From an uncultured bacterium (GTDB taxonomy: Bacteria; Arandabacterota; Arandabacteria; Arandabacterales; Arandabacteraceae): a stretch of 64,000 bases of DNA. The stretch covers positions 2,766 to 66,765 of the forward strand of contig CAYHHI010000012.1 of NCBI GenBank assembly GCA_964356335.1. Direction: 5' to 3'. The translations under genes and the position numbers were made by a program. Below, piece by piece: positions 54,863 through 63,473 of the stretch (positions are counted from its first letter, which is position 1; each line of letters starts with the position of its first letter). The notes under the pieces are model-generated. The model ran no database searches and was not told the origin of the DNA. It worked only from the letters and a program-made list of their open reading frames with translations.

Positions 54863-56185
54863 TCAAGCTCCCGCCTTTCTCAAAGAACGGTCACAGGTTA
54901 CCATCCATCTGGTGGCAGAGGATATCCTTGCGACCACTGTCTCTCCTCTTCTTACACCCTCGCGGGGTATCTTGGCAAGCCAGTTTTCGCGTGTCCGGCC
55001 AAGCATGAAATCGGGTTCCCTGTCGCTTTCACCCTCTATGAGGATTTCGATCTCCCTACCGAGGAGAGCCTGTTTCTTCTCGTCGGTTATGCAGTTCTGA
55101 AGGGAGATCACCTCCTTGAGCCTTCTGGTCTTCTCCTCGAGGGCGACGTCATCGCCGAGGCGGCATGCCTTTGTGCCATCCCGCGGTGAGTACCTGAACA
55201 TGAATGCAGCATCGAAGCGAATCTCATCAAGCGCCCTGAACGTGCTCTCAAAATCAGACTCTGTCTCTGTGGGAAACCCTACCATAATATCGGTGGTGAC
55301 TGCAAGTGTCGGTATGTTGTGCCTGGCAAACTGGACTATCTTGCCGAACTCGCTCGACGTGTATCCGCGGTTCATCAGGGAAAGTACCCTATCTGACCCG
55401 CTCTGGAGCGGCAGGTGGAGATGCTCACAGACCTTGGGCAGGTCCCGCATTCTCTCGATCACCCCCAGGGTAAGATCCTTGGGGTGAGACGTTGTGAACC
55501 GTATGCGTCGAAGGCCGGGCACGTCGTTGGCCATCTCAAGAAGCCCGGAGAAATCCACGTCAACATGCCTATAGGAATTCACATTTTGCCCAATCAGGGT
55601 CACATCTTTCACACCAAGACCGACCAGATGCTCGATCTCTTCAAGTATGACCCTCGACGCCTTGCTTCTTTCCCGCCCCCGTATGTAGGGCACCACACAG
55701 TATGTGCAGAAATTGTCACATCCCTGCATTATTGTCACAAAGGCCGTGACGGACTCCTGCCTCAAGGGTCGCAAGGAGTAAAGCGAGCATGGATTCTCGG
55801 ATATCTCAACCACCGGCTGCTTGCCGCGGCCGGCCTCTTCGAGCACCTCCAGGAACGATGGGTAGGAGTCGAATCCGGCAATCAAATCGACTCTGGTCGC
55901 GGCCCCGGCGACTCTCTTTCCCAGCCGCTGGGCCATACAACCCACCACCCCGATTACGAGGTCGGGATTTGCTTTCCTGAGCGCCGCGAGCTCTCTGATC
56001 CTTGCGACAGCTCTCATTTCAGCCCGATCCCTCACGCTGCATGTGTTCACCAGAACGATGGACGCATCCCTCGGGTTGTCTACGGGCTCATAGCCATCCC
56101 GCACGAGCAGGTCGGAGATGAACCGAGAATCGTATACGTTCATCTGGCAGCCATGAGTCTCTATATAGAATCGCTTATCGGTCAT
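54863..56185 (-). CDS. miaB: tRNA (i6A37) methylthiotransferase MiaB
   Basis: UPF0004 N-domain FYIETHGCQMNVYDS, radical SAM CDNFCTYCVVP, and a TRAM C-terminus. Start set at MTDKRFYIE (ATG 56185). Confidence 0.93.
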   Translation of the reverse strand: MTDKRFYIETHGCQMNVYDSRFISDLLVRDGYEPVDNPRDASIVLVNTCSVRDRAEMRAVARIRELAALRKANPDLVIGVVGCMAQRLGKRVAGAATRVDLIAGFDSYPSFLEVLEEAGRGKQPVVEISENPCSLYSLRPLRQESVTAFVTIMQGCDNFCTYCVVPYIRGRERSKASRVILEEIEHLVGLGVKDVTLIGQNVNSYRHVDVDFSGLLEMANDVPGLRRIRFTTSHPKDLTLGVIERMRDLPKVCEHLHLPLQSGSDRVLSLMNRGYTSSEFGKIVQFARHNIPTLAVTTDIMVGFPTETESDFESTFRALDEIRFDAAFMFRYSPRDGTKACRLGDDVALEEKTRRLKEVISLQNCITDEKKQALLGREIEILIEGESDREPDFMLGRTRENWLAKIPREGVRRGETVVARISSATRWMVTCDRSLRKAGA

Positions 56186-56204
56186 TCTGCTCCGGCAAAC
56201 CTCG

Positions 56205-57515
56205 TCATTGTTGGCCGCCACACGCGCTTGCCGCAACACCGGCTCCGCTGATTGCTGAGACTCGTCCCGAAACGACCGTGTTGGGGGTCATTCCCTTATC
56301 GAAGAAAACCCTGACGTAGTTCCCACTCAGGCCCGTCGCACGGCCACACACTGTCGCTCGCAGTACAAGTGTCTCAAGCATTTCACCTACCAAGCGGTGT
56401 CTGAAGGCCATGGATTTCTCGCTTCCCAGGTCTCTCATGACGCGGCTTCTTTCTTTCTTCTCCTCAGGGCGAACCTGCCCCGCGAATCCCTGGGCTGCCG
56501 TCCCGTCTCTCGGTGAAAAAGCAAACGTGTGAAGATAGGTGATGGGAAGATCGCTCACAAGATCGAAGGTGTTCATGAAGGCCGCTCTGTCCTCCGCAGG
56601 AAACGCCACCATGACGTCAGCGCCAATACCGCAGCGTGGGACTGCGACAGCGATTCTCTCGATGAGACTGCGATAGTAGGAGCGGCCGTATGGTCTTCCC
56701 ATGAGACGCAATATGCGATCGTCACCGCTTTGCAGCGGCACGTGCACATGGGGACACAGTTTGGAGGCCGGATCGGCCAGCATATCTATGAGGTCATCGC
56801 CAAAGTCGGTGGGTTCGATCGAGCTGAGTCTCATCCTTGTGAGCCCCTTGGTAGGCGCGAGCACGCGAAGAAGCGCAGCGAGAGAGGTCTGCGGCGCCAG
56901 ATCTCTCCCATATGAGCCAAGGTGGACTCCAGTGAGAACAATTTCCCCGTAGCCTTCTGCGACCGTGGTCTCGATCTCGCGTCGCACCACGTCAAGGCTC
57001 TTGCTCCTGCTGCGGCCCCTTGCCAGCGGGACTACGCAGTAAGTGCAGTGATTGTCGCAGCCGTCCTGGATCTTCGCAAAGGCCCGGGTGTAGCTTCCGA
57101 AGCCGTGAAGATGTCTCCGGCTCGCAAGATCCGCCATATCGTCCGTGGGGGTTGTCTTCACAACCGTCTCTTGCTGCTTGCCGAGATTGAGATACTCCTC
57201 GATGCCTTCCTTCTCAGCATTGCCGATCACCACGTCGACGCCCTTGATCCCAGCAAGCTCATGAGGCTTCCGCTGAGCGTAGCAGCCCGTGACAACCACA
57301 AGTGCCCCGGGGTTCGACCTTATGGCCCGCCTGACGGCCTGGCGCGAACGGCGGTCACTCTTAGAGGTGACCGTGCACGTATTGACAACATAAACGTCTG
57401 CCTCCTCGAAGGCGGGGCTGGTATGGTAGCCGCGGGCCCCAACCGCCTCGCGCATCTGTTCGGTTTCGAACTGGTTGAGCTTGCAGCCTATGGTTAGGAA
57501 TGCGACTCGCTTCAT
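56205..57515 (-). CDS. mtaB: MiaB-like methylthiotransferase (MtaB-type, t6A37)
   Basis: VAFLTIGCKLNQFE, radical SAM CDNHCTYCVVP. Start set at MKRVAF (ATG 57515), which forms an ATGA overlap with the upstream activase gene. Confidence 0.85.
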   Translation of the reverse strand: MKRVAFLTIGCKLNQFETEQMREAVGARGYHTSPAFEEADVYVVNTCTVTSKSDRRSRQAVRRAIRSNPGALVVVTGCYAQRKPHELAGIKGVDVVIGNAEKEGIEEYLNLGKQQETVVKTTPTDDMADLASRRHLHGFGSYTRAFAKIQDGCDNHCTYCVVPLARGRSRSKSLDVVRREIETTVAEGYGEIVLTGVHLGSYGRDLAPQTSLAALLRVLAPTKGLTRMRLSSIEPTDFGDDLIDMLADPASKLCPHVHVPLQSGDDRILRLMGRPYGRSYYRSLIERIAVAVPRCGIGADVMVAFPAEDRAAFMNTFDLVSDLPITYLHTFAFSPRDGTAAQGFAGQVRPEEKKERSRVMRDLGSEKSMAFRHRLVGEMLETLVLRATVCGRATGLSGNYVRVFFDKGMTPNTVVSGRVSAISGAGVAASACGGQQ

Positions 57516-58465
57516 TCGGCAATATCCCATCTTCCGCAACGGCTCCCCCATCGTGAGATCAGGTGGGTGCCGTCGAATATCTCAACGACTTCGCACCTAT
57601 TCGAGCATCCGGTGCATTCGAAGCCCCGGCTGGAGAGATCAACCCCTCGTGCCTCAAAACCTCGGAATCTGCCCGGCCCAGCCTTCTCATGTTCCATGCT
57701 GGCCAGGATTGCGATGCCTATGGCTCCCATGACATCGTGGTATTGAGGGACATCCACCTTGAGATCCAACTCCTTCTCGAATGCCTCAACAACGGCCTGG
57801 TTCGACGCAACGCCGCCCTGAAAGATGACGGGCGGCATGATCGGCTTACCCCTGGCAACACTTGACAGGAAGTTTCTGACCAGGGCCTCGCACAGGCCCT
57901 TCAGGACGGCCTCCCGCTTTATACCCCGCTGCTGCTTATCTATTAGGTCGGTCTCGGCAAACACCGCGCATCTCCCGGATATGCGCGCACTCTCCTTCGC
58001 CGATTTGGCAAGCCTGGCGAGTTCCTCTACGGGGATTCCCATCCTGCTTGCCTGATAATCAAGAAAACTCCCCGTGCCGGCCGCACAGACCGTGTTCATC
58101 GCAAAATCCACCGCCACGCCGTTTCTTATGATAATGATCTTCGAATCCTGACCTCCGATCTCAATCACGGTTTGGGCTTCGGGAAAAAAGTGAAGCGCTG
58201 CGGTGGCATGCGCCGTGATCTCGTTGCGCACCACATCCGCACCTGCGAGAGCAGCCGCCAAGAGTCTCCCACTCCCGGTCGAACCGCACCCAAGGATCTC
58301 GATCTCCGGAAGATGCTCGCCGGCCTCCCGAAGTATCCTCTTGACCGATCCTATTGGATCACCTTCGGTTCTCATATAGGAGTGATGAACCACTTGCCGG
58401 CCGGCGTCGAGGACTGCGAGATTTGTGCTCACCGCCCCAACATCAAGACCCACGTATGCCTTCAT
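57512..58465 (-). CDS. BcrAD/BadFG/HgdC-family ATPase (CoA-enzyme activase / archerase type) with a Cys-rich C-terminal extension
   Basis: ASKHA motifs YVGLDVGAVSTN, IGGQDSKII, CAAGTGSFLD, GRCAVFAETD, FQGGVASN. C-terminal CTGCSNRCEV...RCGRWD. First ATG at 58465 (the ORF track begins at TTG 58549). Confidence 0.8.
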   Translation of the reverse strand: MKAYVGLDVGAVSTNLAVLDAGRQVVHHSYMRTEGDPIGSVKRILREAGEHLPEIEILGCGSTGSGRLLAAALAGADVVRNEITAHATAALHFFPEAQTVIEIGGQDSKIIIIRNGVAVDFAMNTVCAAGTGSFLDYQASRMGIPVEELARLAKSAKESARISGRCAVFAETDLIDKQQRGIKREAVLKGLCEALVRNFLSSVARGKPIMPPVIFQGGVASNQAVVEAFEKELDLKVDVPQYHDVMGAIGIAILASMEHEKAGPGRFRGFEARGVDLSSRGFECTGCSNRCEVVEIFDGTHLISRWGSRCGRWDIAE

Positions 58466-58535
58466 GGAGCTCAAGGATCCTTCCCTCGAGGTGATTCTAA
58501 GTTGGCTTCGAACCGGTGTCAACGCATCAGGGCAC

Positions 58536-59411
58536 TCAGCGTCTACCAAAAGCGGATGCCATGGCTTTTATATGGGCAGGTGTCGTGCCGCAACATCCAC
58601 CGATAATCCGAACCCCCATGCTCAGAAGATCAGGGACACGGTCGGCCATGGCAAGAGGGGCCTCCGGGTAAATCAACTTACCTGCCTCGACGGTTGGGAG
58701 ACCTGCATTAGGCTGCGCAATCATGGCGGCACTTGATGCCGAAACCATGTCCTTCATTATCCCTATCGCTTGCTCCATTCCGCTGCAACAGTTTGTGCCG
58801 ACGAAACGGGCGCCAGCTTCCACCAGGCGAAGGGCGGCTTCCCGGGGAGAGTTCCCCATAATTGTACGGTATCCCCTGGCACCCTTTGAGAAGACGGCAG
58901 TCGCGACGATCGGCTTGCTTGAGACCTGTTTTGCGGCCTCTACTGCGATTGAAGCCTCGTTGATATCTGTCATTGTCTCGATCAGGAAAAAATCTATGCC
59001 GGCCTTGTCCATAAGGGTGGCTACCTCAAGGTATGTGTCGGAGATCTTCTCATGAGGCGTATCACCGTAAGGTTCGAGGAGAACTCCCGTCGGACCGACC
59101 GAACCGCCCACCATGCAGTCATTGCCCGCTGCGCTTCTTGCGATCTCAACGCCTCGCGCGATGATCTCCTCAAGCTTAGGCTCAAGGCCATGTGCGGCAA
59201 GTTTGATCCGGTTAGCGCCGAAGGTATTGGTTTCAACATAGTCGCAGCCCGCCTCACGATACGCCGAATGGATCTGCCTCACCAGTTCGGGGTTCTCGAG
59301 ATTGAGAACATCGGGCGCGACACCCGTCTCGAGGCCGTGCGCCTGAAGCATAGTGCCCATGGCACCATCGCCTAGCAGTGGTCTGAGCCGGAGGGCAGCT
59401 ATGAGTTCCAT
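58536..59411 (-). CDS. homocysteine S-methyltransferase-domain protein (zinc-dependent thiol methyltransferase, MetH Hcy-domain-like)
   Basis: LLGDGAMGTML, NTFGAN, and Zn-ligand cysteines in TNCCSG and GGCCGTTPAHI. 291 aa. No pterin-binding or B12 domain is fused. Confidence 0.85.
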   Translation of the reverse strand: MELIAALRLRPLLGDGAMGTMLQAHGLETGVAPDVLNLENPELVRQIHSAYREAGCDYVETNTFGANRIKLAAHGLEPKLEEIIARGVEIARSAAGNDCMVGGSVGPTGVLLEPYGDTPHEKISDTYLEVATLMDKAGIDFFLIETMTDINEASIAVEAAKQVSSKPIVATAVFSKGARGYRTIMGNSPREAALRLVEAGARFVGTNCCSGMEQAIGIMKDMVSASSAAMIAQPNAGLPTVEAGKLIYPEAPLAMADRVPDLLSMGVRIIGGCCGTTPAHIKAMASAFGRR

Positions 59412-59413
59412 GC

Positions 59414-60049
59414 CTAACTCCCGATAAACTCCTTGGCTATGTCAACGGCGGTAGCCGCATCGTCACCATAGCCGTCTGCCCCTATGTCTTTCGCAAAGGA
59501 GGCTGTGACAGGTGCTCCGCCAACCATTGTCTTCACCCTGCCTGCGAGGCTATGCTCCTTGAGGAGCTCAATGGTATCCTTCATGGTGTACATGGTCGTG
59601 GTAAGGAGGGCTGACATGCCGATGATGCCGGCCTTGTGCTCGACCGCGGCCTCCACGAACCGTTCCGCAGGAACATCATTGCCAAGGTCCACCACTTCAA
59701 AACCGGCTCCTTCGAGCATCATTGCCACCAGGTTCTTGCCTATGTCGTGGAGGTCGCCCCGCACGGTGCCCACAACCACCGTGCCCCTGGGCTTTATGCC
59801 ACCCTTGACGAGAACCGGCTTCAAGACCTGCATCGCCTGCTGCATTGCCTTGGCCGAAAGCAGGACCTCAGGAACATAGACCTCATTGGCCTTGAAGAGC
59901 TCACCCACCTCATCCATTCCGGATATCAGTGCCTGATTGAGAATCACCGTCGGCTCGATTCCGGCATCAAGGGCTTTCTGCGTGAGTGGTTTGGACTGGG
60001 CCATGTCGCCTCTTAGGACTGCCTGTCTGAGTTCTTGTACAATCTCCAT
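59414..60049 (-). CDS. corrinoid (cobalamin-binding) protein, B12-cap plus Rossmann B12-binding domain
   Basis: DxHxxG in GDLHDIGKN, SxL in MSALLTTT, and GG in VGGAP. Start set at the ATG at 60049, preceded by GGAGGA. Confidence 0.85.
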   Translation of the reverse strand: MEIVQELRQAVLRGDMAQSKPLTQKALDAGIEPTVILNQALISGMDEVGELFKANEVYVPEVLLSAKAMQQAMQVLKPVLVKGGIKPRGTVVVGTVRGDLHDIGKNLVAMMLEGAGFEVVDLGNDVPAERFVEAAVEHKAGIIGMSALLTTTMYTMKDTIELLKEHSLAGRVKTMVGGAPVTASFAKDIGADGYGDDAATAVDIAKEFIGS

Positions 60050-60063
60050 ATGATCCTCCGTAC

Positions 60064-60213
60064 TCACGGCCTCCAGAAGTTGAAACAGACCATCTTGGTT
60101 TCGGTCATCTCCTCAATAGCATACTTGAGTCCTTCCCTCCCGTCATATGGATTTCGCACGCTGAACGATTGCGTGCCGTCGGATTCTCGCGCACCCATAA
60201 TCAGTCTGAACAT
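60064..60213 (-). CDS. candidate small ORF (49 aa) leading the corrinoid operon
   Basis: ATG at 60213 with AGAGGGAG 7 nt upstream. Product MFRLIMGARESDGTQSFSVRNPYDGREGLKYAIEEMTETKMVCFNFWRP. The stop lies 14 nt before the corrinoid-protein start. Not in the ORF track (<60 aa) and no family recognised. Confidence 0.25.
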   Translation of the reverse strand: MFRLIMGARESDGTQSFSVRNPYDGREGLKYAIEEMTETKMVCFNFWRP

Positions 60214-60257
60214 GCCTACTCCCTCTTGCGAACTCCAACCGGAAGGTCTCCATCCTC

Positions 60258-61361
60258 TCAGAAGTCCATGGTGACGGAGATGCGATGGGTGTTATCCAGT
60301 TCCGTGCCTCTCCAGAAGGCATAGTCCACGCCGAACCGGCTGACATTGAGGCCGATTCCGGCAGTCGCCTTCATGCGGTCCATGCCCAGGCTCACGTGCA
60401 CGATCCCTCGATAGTCATACATAGCTCCCAGTCGTATGTCGCCGCTTACTTCCGAAAACGAGAAATCGGCCTCATCCTTCGTGAGCCCTTCGAATCTGAA
60501 ATCGCAGTCACTCGCGAGGAGTATGGTCCCGGCAATCGGGGGCAGATCCAAAGCATAAGACGCACCCAGTTTGACCGTAGGATATATGGTCTCTTTGGTG
60601 CTCACCTTTTTCTTTTCAACCGGGCACCCTGACGTGTCACAGACAGGCCCATAGTACCAGCCGTCCCAGTAAAGCGGTGTCGTGGTGAGATCCTGGATGT
60701 TGACTCCGATCTTAAGATTCTCGGTCACGCGGCAGAGCCCTCCCAGATCGAGACCGAAACCAAGGCATGTTATGTTGGCGATTTCCTTCCAGATAACCTT
60801 GGCATTGAGACCCACTGACAGATTGGGCTTGAGAACCCTTGCGTACGAGAGGAGGCCTTCAATCTGGTTGTCGTTGTCCCACAGGACCCTATCTGGTCTC
60901 CAGATTCTGGGCTCGCCGGGTTGGTCACCATGTGGTGGGTCCCATACTCCGTCGCCGTCCAGATCTTTGAAATCAACGTTTGGCGTCTTCAGATGGGACG
61001 TTAGCGCGATATCACTGACACGAAGCCAGAGCAGGCTTATGGCACCGGCGGATTTCTCGGTCGAGTCACGCGAAATCGGACCTGCGAAACTAAAGCAGTT
61101 ATGATCTATCAGGTTACCAAAGCGCTCCGAGTGCATCAGCAGTATCTGCCGCTGCTCAGGCTGAACGAGCCCGGCAGGATTCCAGTATGCCGCGCTTGCG
61201 TCATCTGCAATTGATACGAAGGCCCCGCCCATGCCGAGAGCTTTCGCCCCTAACCCTGTGGCGAAGGACTCGCCAGCCAGCTTCGTGGCCCCTGCATTCG
61301 TGGCCACTATCATGACCGATGCAATAGCCAAGGGAATCAGGCTTGCACGTCTCAGAAACAT
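60258..61361 (-). CDS. outer-membrane beta-barrel protein, PorV/PorQ (FadL-like) family candidate
   Basis: Signal peptide MFLRRASLIPLAIASVMIVATNAGA, then GLGAKALGMGGAFVSIADDASAAYWNPAGL, a motif I associate with PorV/PorQ-type T9SS barrels. C-terminal aromatic residue (..TMDF). Confidence 0.55.
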   Translation of the reverse strand: MFLRRASLIPLAIASVMIVATNAGATKLAGESFATGLGAKALGMGGAFVSIADDASAAYWNPAGLVQPEQRQILLMHSERFGNLIDHNCFSFAGPISRDSTEKSAGAISLLWLRVSDIALTSHLKTPNVDFKDLDGDGVWDPPHGDQPGEPRIWRPDRVLWDNDNQIEGLLSYARVLKPNLSVGLNAKVIWKEIANITCLGFGLDLGGLCRVTENLKIGVNIQDLTTTPLYWDGWYYGPVCDTSGCPVEKKKVSTKETIYPTVKLGASYALDLPPIAGTILLASDCDFRFEGLTKDEADFSFSEVSGDIRLGAMYDYRGIVHVSLGMDRMKATAGIGLNVSRFGVDYAFWRGTELDNTHRISVTMDF

Positions 61362-61400
61362 AGGTCCCCTCCATTATTCGCTGGAATCCTCCCTCTCACC

Positions 61401-63167
61401 TCACTGCCTCCCTATCACCTTGGAAATCACGCTGATCTTCAAGAGATAGGGCGGCAGCGAACCGCGCGAAAGGAGTGTGTCATGGAACTCCCTTAAACTG
61501 AATTGCTCCCCCCTCAATCTTCTGAATTCCTCTCTCAGTGACATTATATCCCTCTTGCCTATAAGATAACTCATTGGCTGCGTCGGTTCCACTGCATATC
61601 TTCGTACTTCCTGCTCGACGAAATCCCGATCGCTGCCGGTCTCGCTTACCATGAAGTCAACCGCTTGGTCCAGCGAGAATTCTCTGAGTTGGAGCTTGAT
61701 ATCGACAATCACGCGAGCGGCCCTGAAGATGATCCCTCGGAGTGCTCTTCGGGTTCCCTCGGGGCCATAGTAACCTTGCTCCGCCATAAGCTCTTCGCAG
61801 TAAAGCGCCCAACCCTCAATAGTGAAATTATCTTCTGCGAGCCTCTTCACAAATGACGGAGCGGCGTTGGCAAGTGTGAGCTGGAGATGATGCCCGGGGT
61901 ACAATTCATGCACCACTATTCCCTTGAAGCCTCTTTGATCGATGGTCTGCTTGTACTTGAGTTTGGCCTCAAGGTCAAGACTATCAGGCAGCGGCACGTA
62001 CAGAAGCCCTCTCTGGTCATCGTCAAACGGGCCCGGGGGTTCATAGGCGTAACCGGGAACGACTACCTCGATAAAGCCAGGCGTCTCGACGGGCACGACC
62101 TCCGTGTTGCGGGGCACAGTCACAATGGCTTTCCTTTCGAGATAAACCATGGCGGATTCTGCCTCCGCACGGAAGTCCGCCAGGATATCATTCTTGGTAA
62201 GCCCAAGTGCACTGGCCGTATCGGCGGGGTCCGTCTTCTTCAGGGGAGTGCTCGCGGCTTGCCTGGACTTGGCATCCTTGAGCACACGCATGGCATAAGC
62301 CAGGATTTCCTCGGGTGGCTCTTCCATCATGTGCTGGACCTTAAGGAGCTTAACGAAGTTGTCGTATCCCAGGGCGAAGTTGGCATCCGCCGTGACGCTC
62401 AAAGAGTCGAGATAGGCTCTGAATTGCTCAAGTGATTCGCACGCCCTCGCGACCAGGGCCATGTCCAGCGCAGCCCCCGCCGCACCCGTGGAATCGCCCA
62501 GGCTCTTGAGGAACGGCAGGAATGCCTCTATGCTGGCAGACGCGATGTCACAGTGCAGCTTCATGGGGCGCAAGAGATTCTTGCGCCCCTGTTCAAGAAC
62601 CCTGGGAACTTGGGACAGCCTCGCGCTGAAGTTGGGATCGGACCAGAACCGATCGTTGCGTATCACGAGATAGTACAGACCATCGGTGCATGCATAGGCG
62701 TAGAGCAAAGGGGATCTTCGCCACATTTCCAGTTCTTCAAACAGGAAGGCCTGCGTTTCCATGTCGGAAAGAAGAGCCTTCATGTCGATCCAGGTCTCGA
62801 TGTCAAGACTGTCCTCACTGAATGAAGACACAGTTCGGATCATGCTTTTGGTCTGGATAAGAAACTTCCTTACCTTCAGCGATCCGAATGTGGAAAGCTC
62901 GGAATCATAGGTGTGAATCCCTTTGCTTGTGGCATAGGCGGGATACATTGCAAACTTGGATTCGTAGTATTCGCGTGAGATGGAGTCAACGATTGCCTTG
63001 GCAGCAGTTGGCGAAAGTGGAATTCCTTCCTGGCCGTGCGAGCTAGCCAGCGGCAAAGCAAGAAGCAACAAGCCAATCAGAAACCGCAATGTGCCTTCTC
63101 CACTATGACATTGGTTCTTGTGAGAATATGCAAGCATAAGAATAGGCACAAGACCGTGGCCTGTCAA
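61401..63167 (-). CDS. DUF885 family protein (putative metallopeptidase-like, secreted)
   Basis: HELYPGHH motif, characteristic of DUF885. A TTG start at 63089 with GGAGAAGG upstream would give a clean signal peptide (L)RFLIGLLLLALPLASSHG. Confidence 0.8.
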   Translation of the reverse strand: MTGHGLVPILMLAYSHKNQCHSGEGTLRFLIGLLLLALPLASSHGQEGIPLSPTAAKAIVDSISREYYESKFAMYPAYATSKGIHTYDSELSTFGSLKVRKFLIQTKSMIRTVSSFSEDSLDIETWIDMKALLSDMETQAFLFEELEMWRRSPLLYAYACTDGLYYLVIRNDRFWSDPNFSARLSQVPRVLEQGRKNLLRPMKLHCDIASASIEAFLPFLKSLGDSTGAAGAALDMALVARACESLEQFRAYLDSLSVTADANFALGYDNFVKLLKVQHMMEEPPEEILAYAMRVLKDAKSRQAASTPLKKTDPADTASALGLTKNDILADFRAEAESAMVYLERKAIVTVPRNTEVVPVETPGFIEVVVPGYAYEPPGPFDDDQRGLLYVPLPDSLDLEAKLKYKQTIDQRGFKGIVVHELYPGHHLQLTLANAAPSFVKRLAEDNFTIEGWALYCEELMAEQGYYGPEGTRRALRGIIFRAARVIVDIKLQLREFSLDQAVDFMVSETGSDRDFVEQEVRRYAVEPTQPMSYLIGKRDIMSLREEFRRLRGEQFSLREFHDTLLSRGSLPPYLLKISVISKVIGRQ

Positions 63168-63326
63168 CCCATATTGAGTTCGCGGGTAGGGACCCGTGCC
63201 CCGGCATGCCAGGGCCGACAGGAGAAGGACATGGAATCGGGCCCTTGCAGCTCGGCCCCAGGCCCCGCACCGCGGGCATCGTCCGGGTACAAGCGAAAGT
63301 GCTTACCAGGCGGATCATCTCTGAGC

Positions 63327-63415
63327 TGGTGCCGAGGGTCGGAGTTGAACCGACACGGATCTTGCGATCCAGAGGATTTTAAGTCCTCTGCGTCTGCCAG
63401 TTCCGCCACCCCGGC
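63327..63415 (-). tRNA. tRNA-Leu (anticodon TAA)
   Basis: The reverse complement GCCGGGGTGGCGGAACTGGCAGACGCAGAGGACTTAAAATCCTCTGGATCGCAAGATCCGTGTCGGTTCAACTCCGACCCTCGGCACCA has anticodon loop CTTAAAA and a long variable arm; CCA encoded. Confidence 0.9.
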
Positions 63416-63473
63416 ACCCTCAGGTATTGTATTCGGTGACAGCCTGGTTATCAAGTCAAACTCTGAGGCAAGC

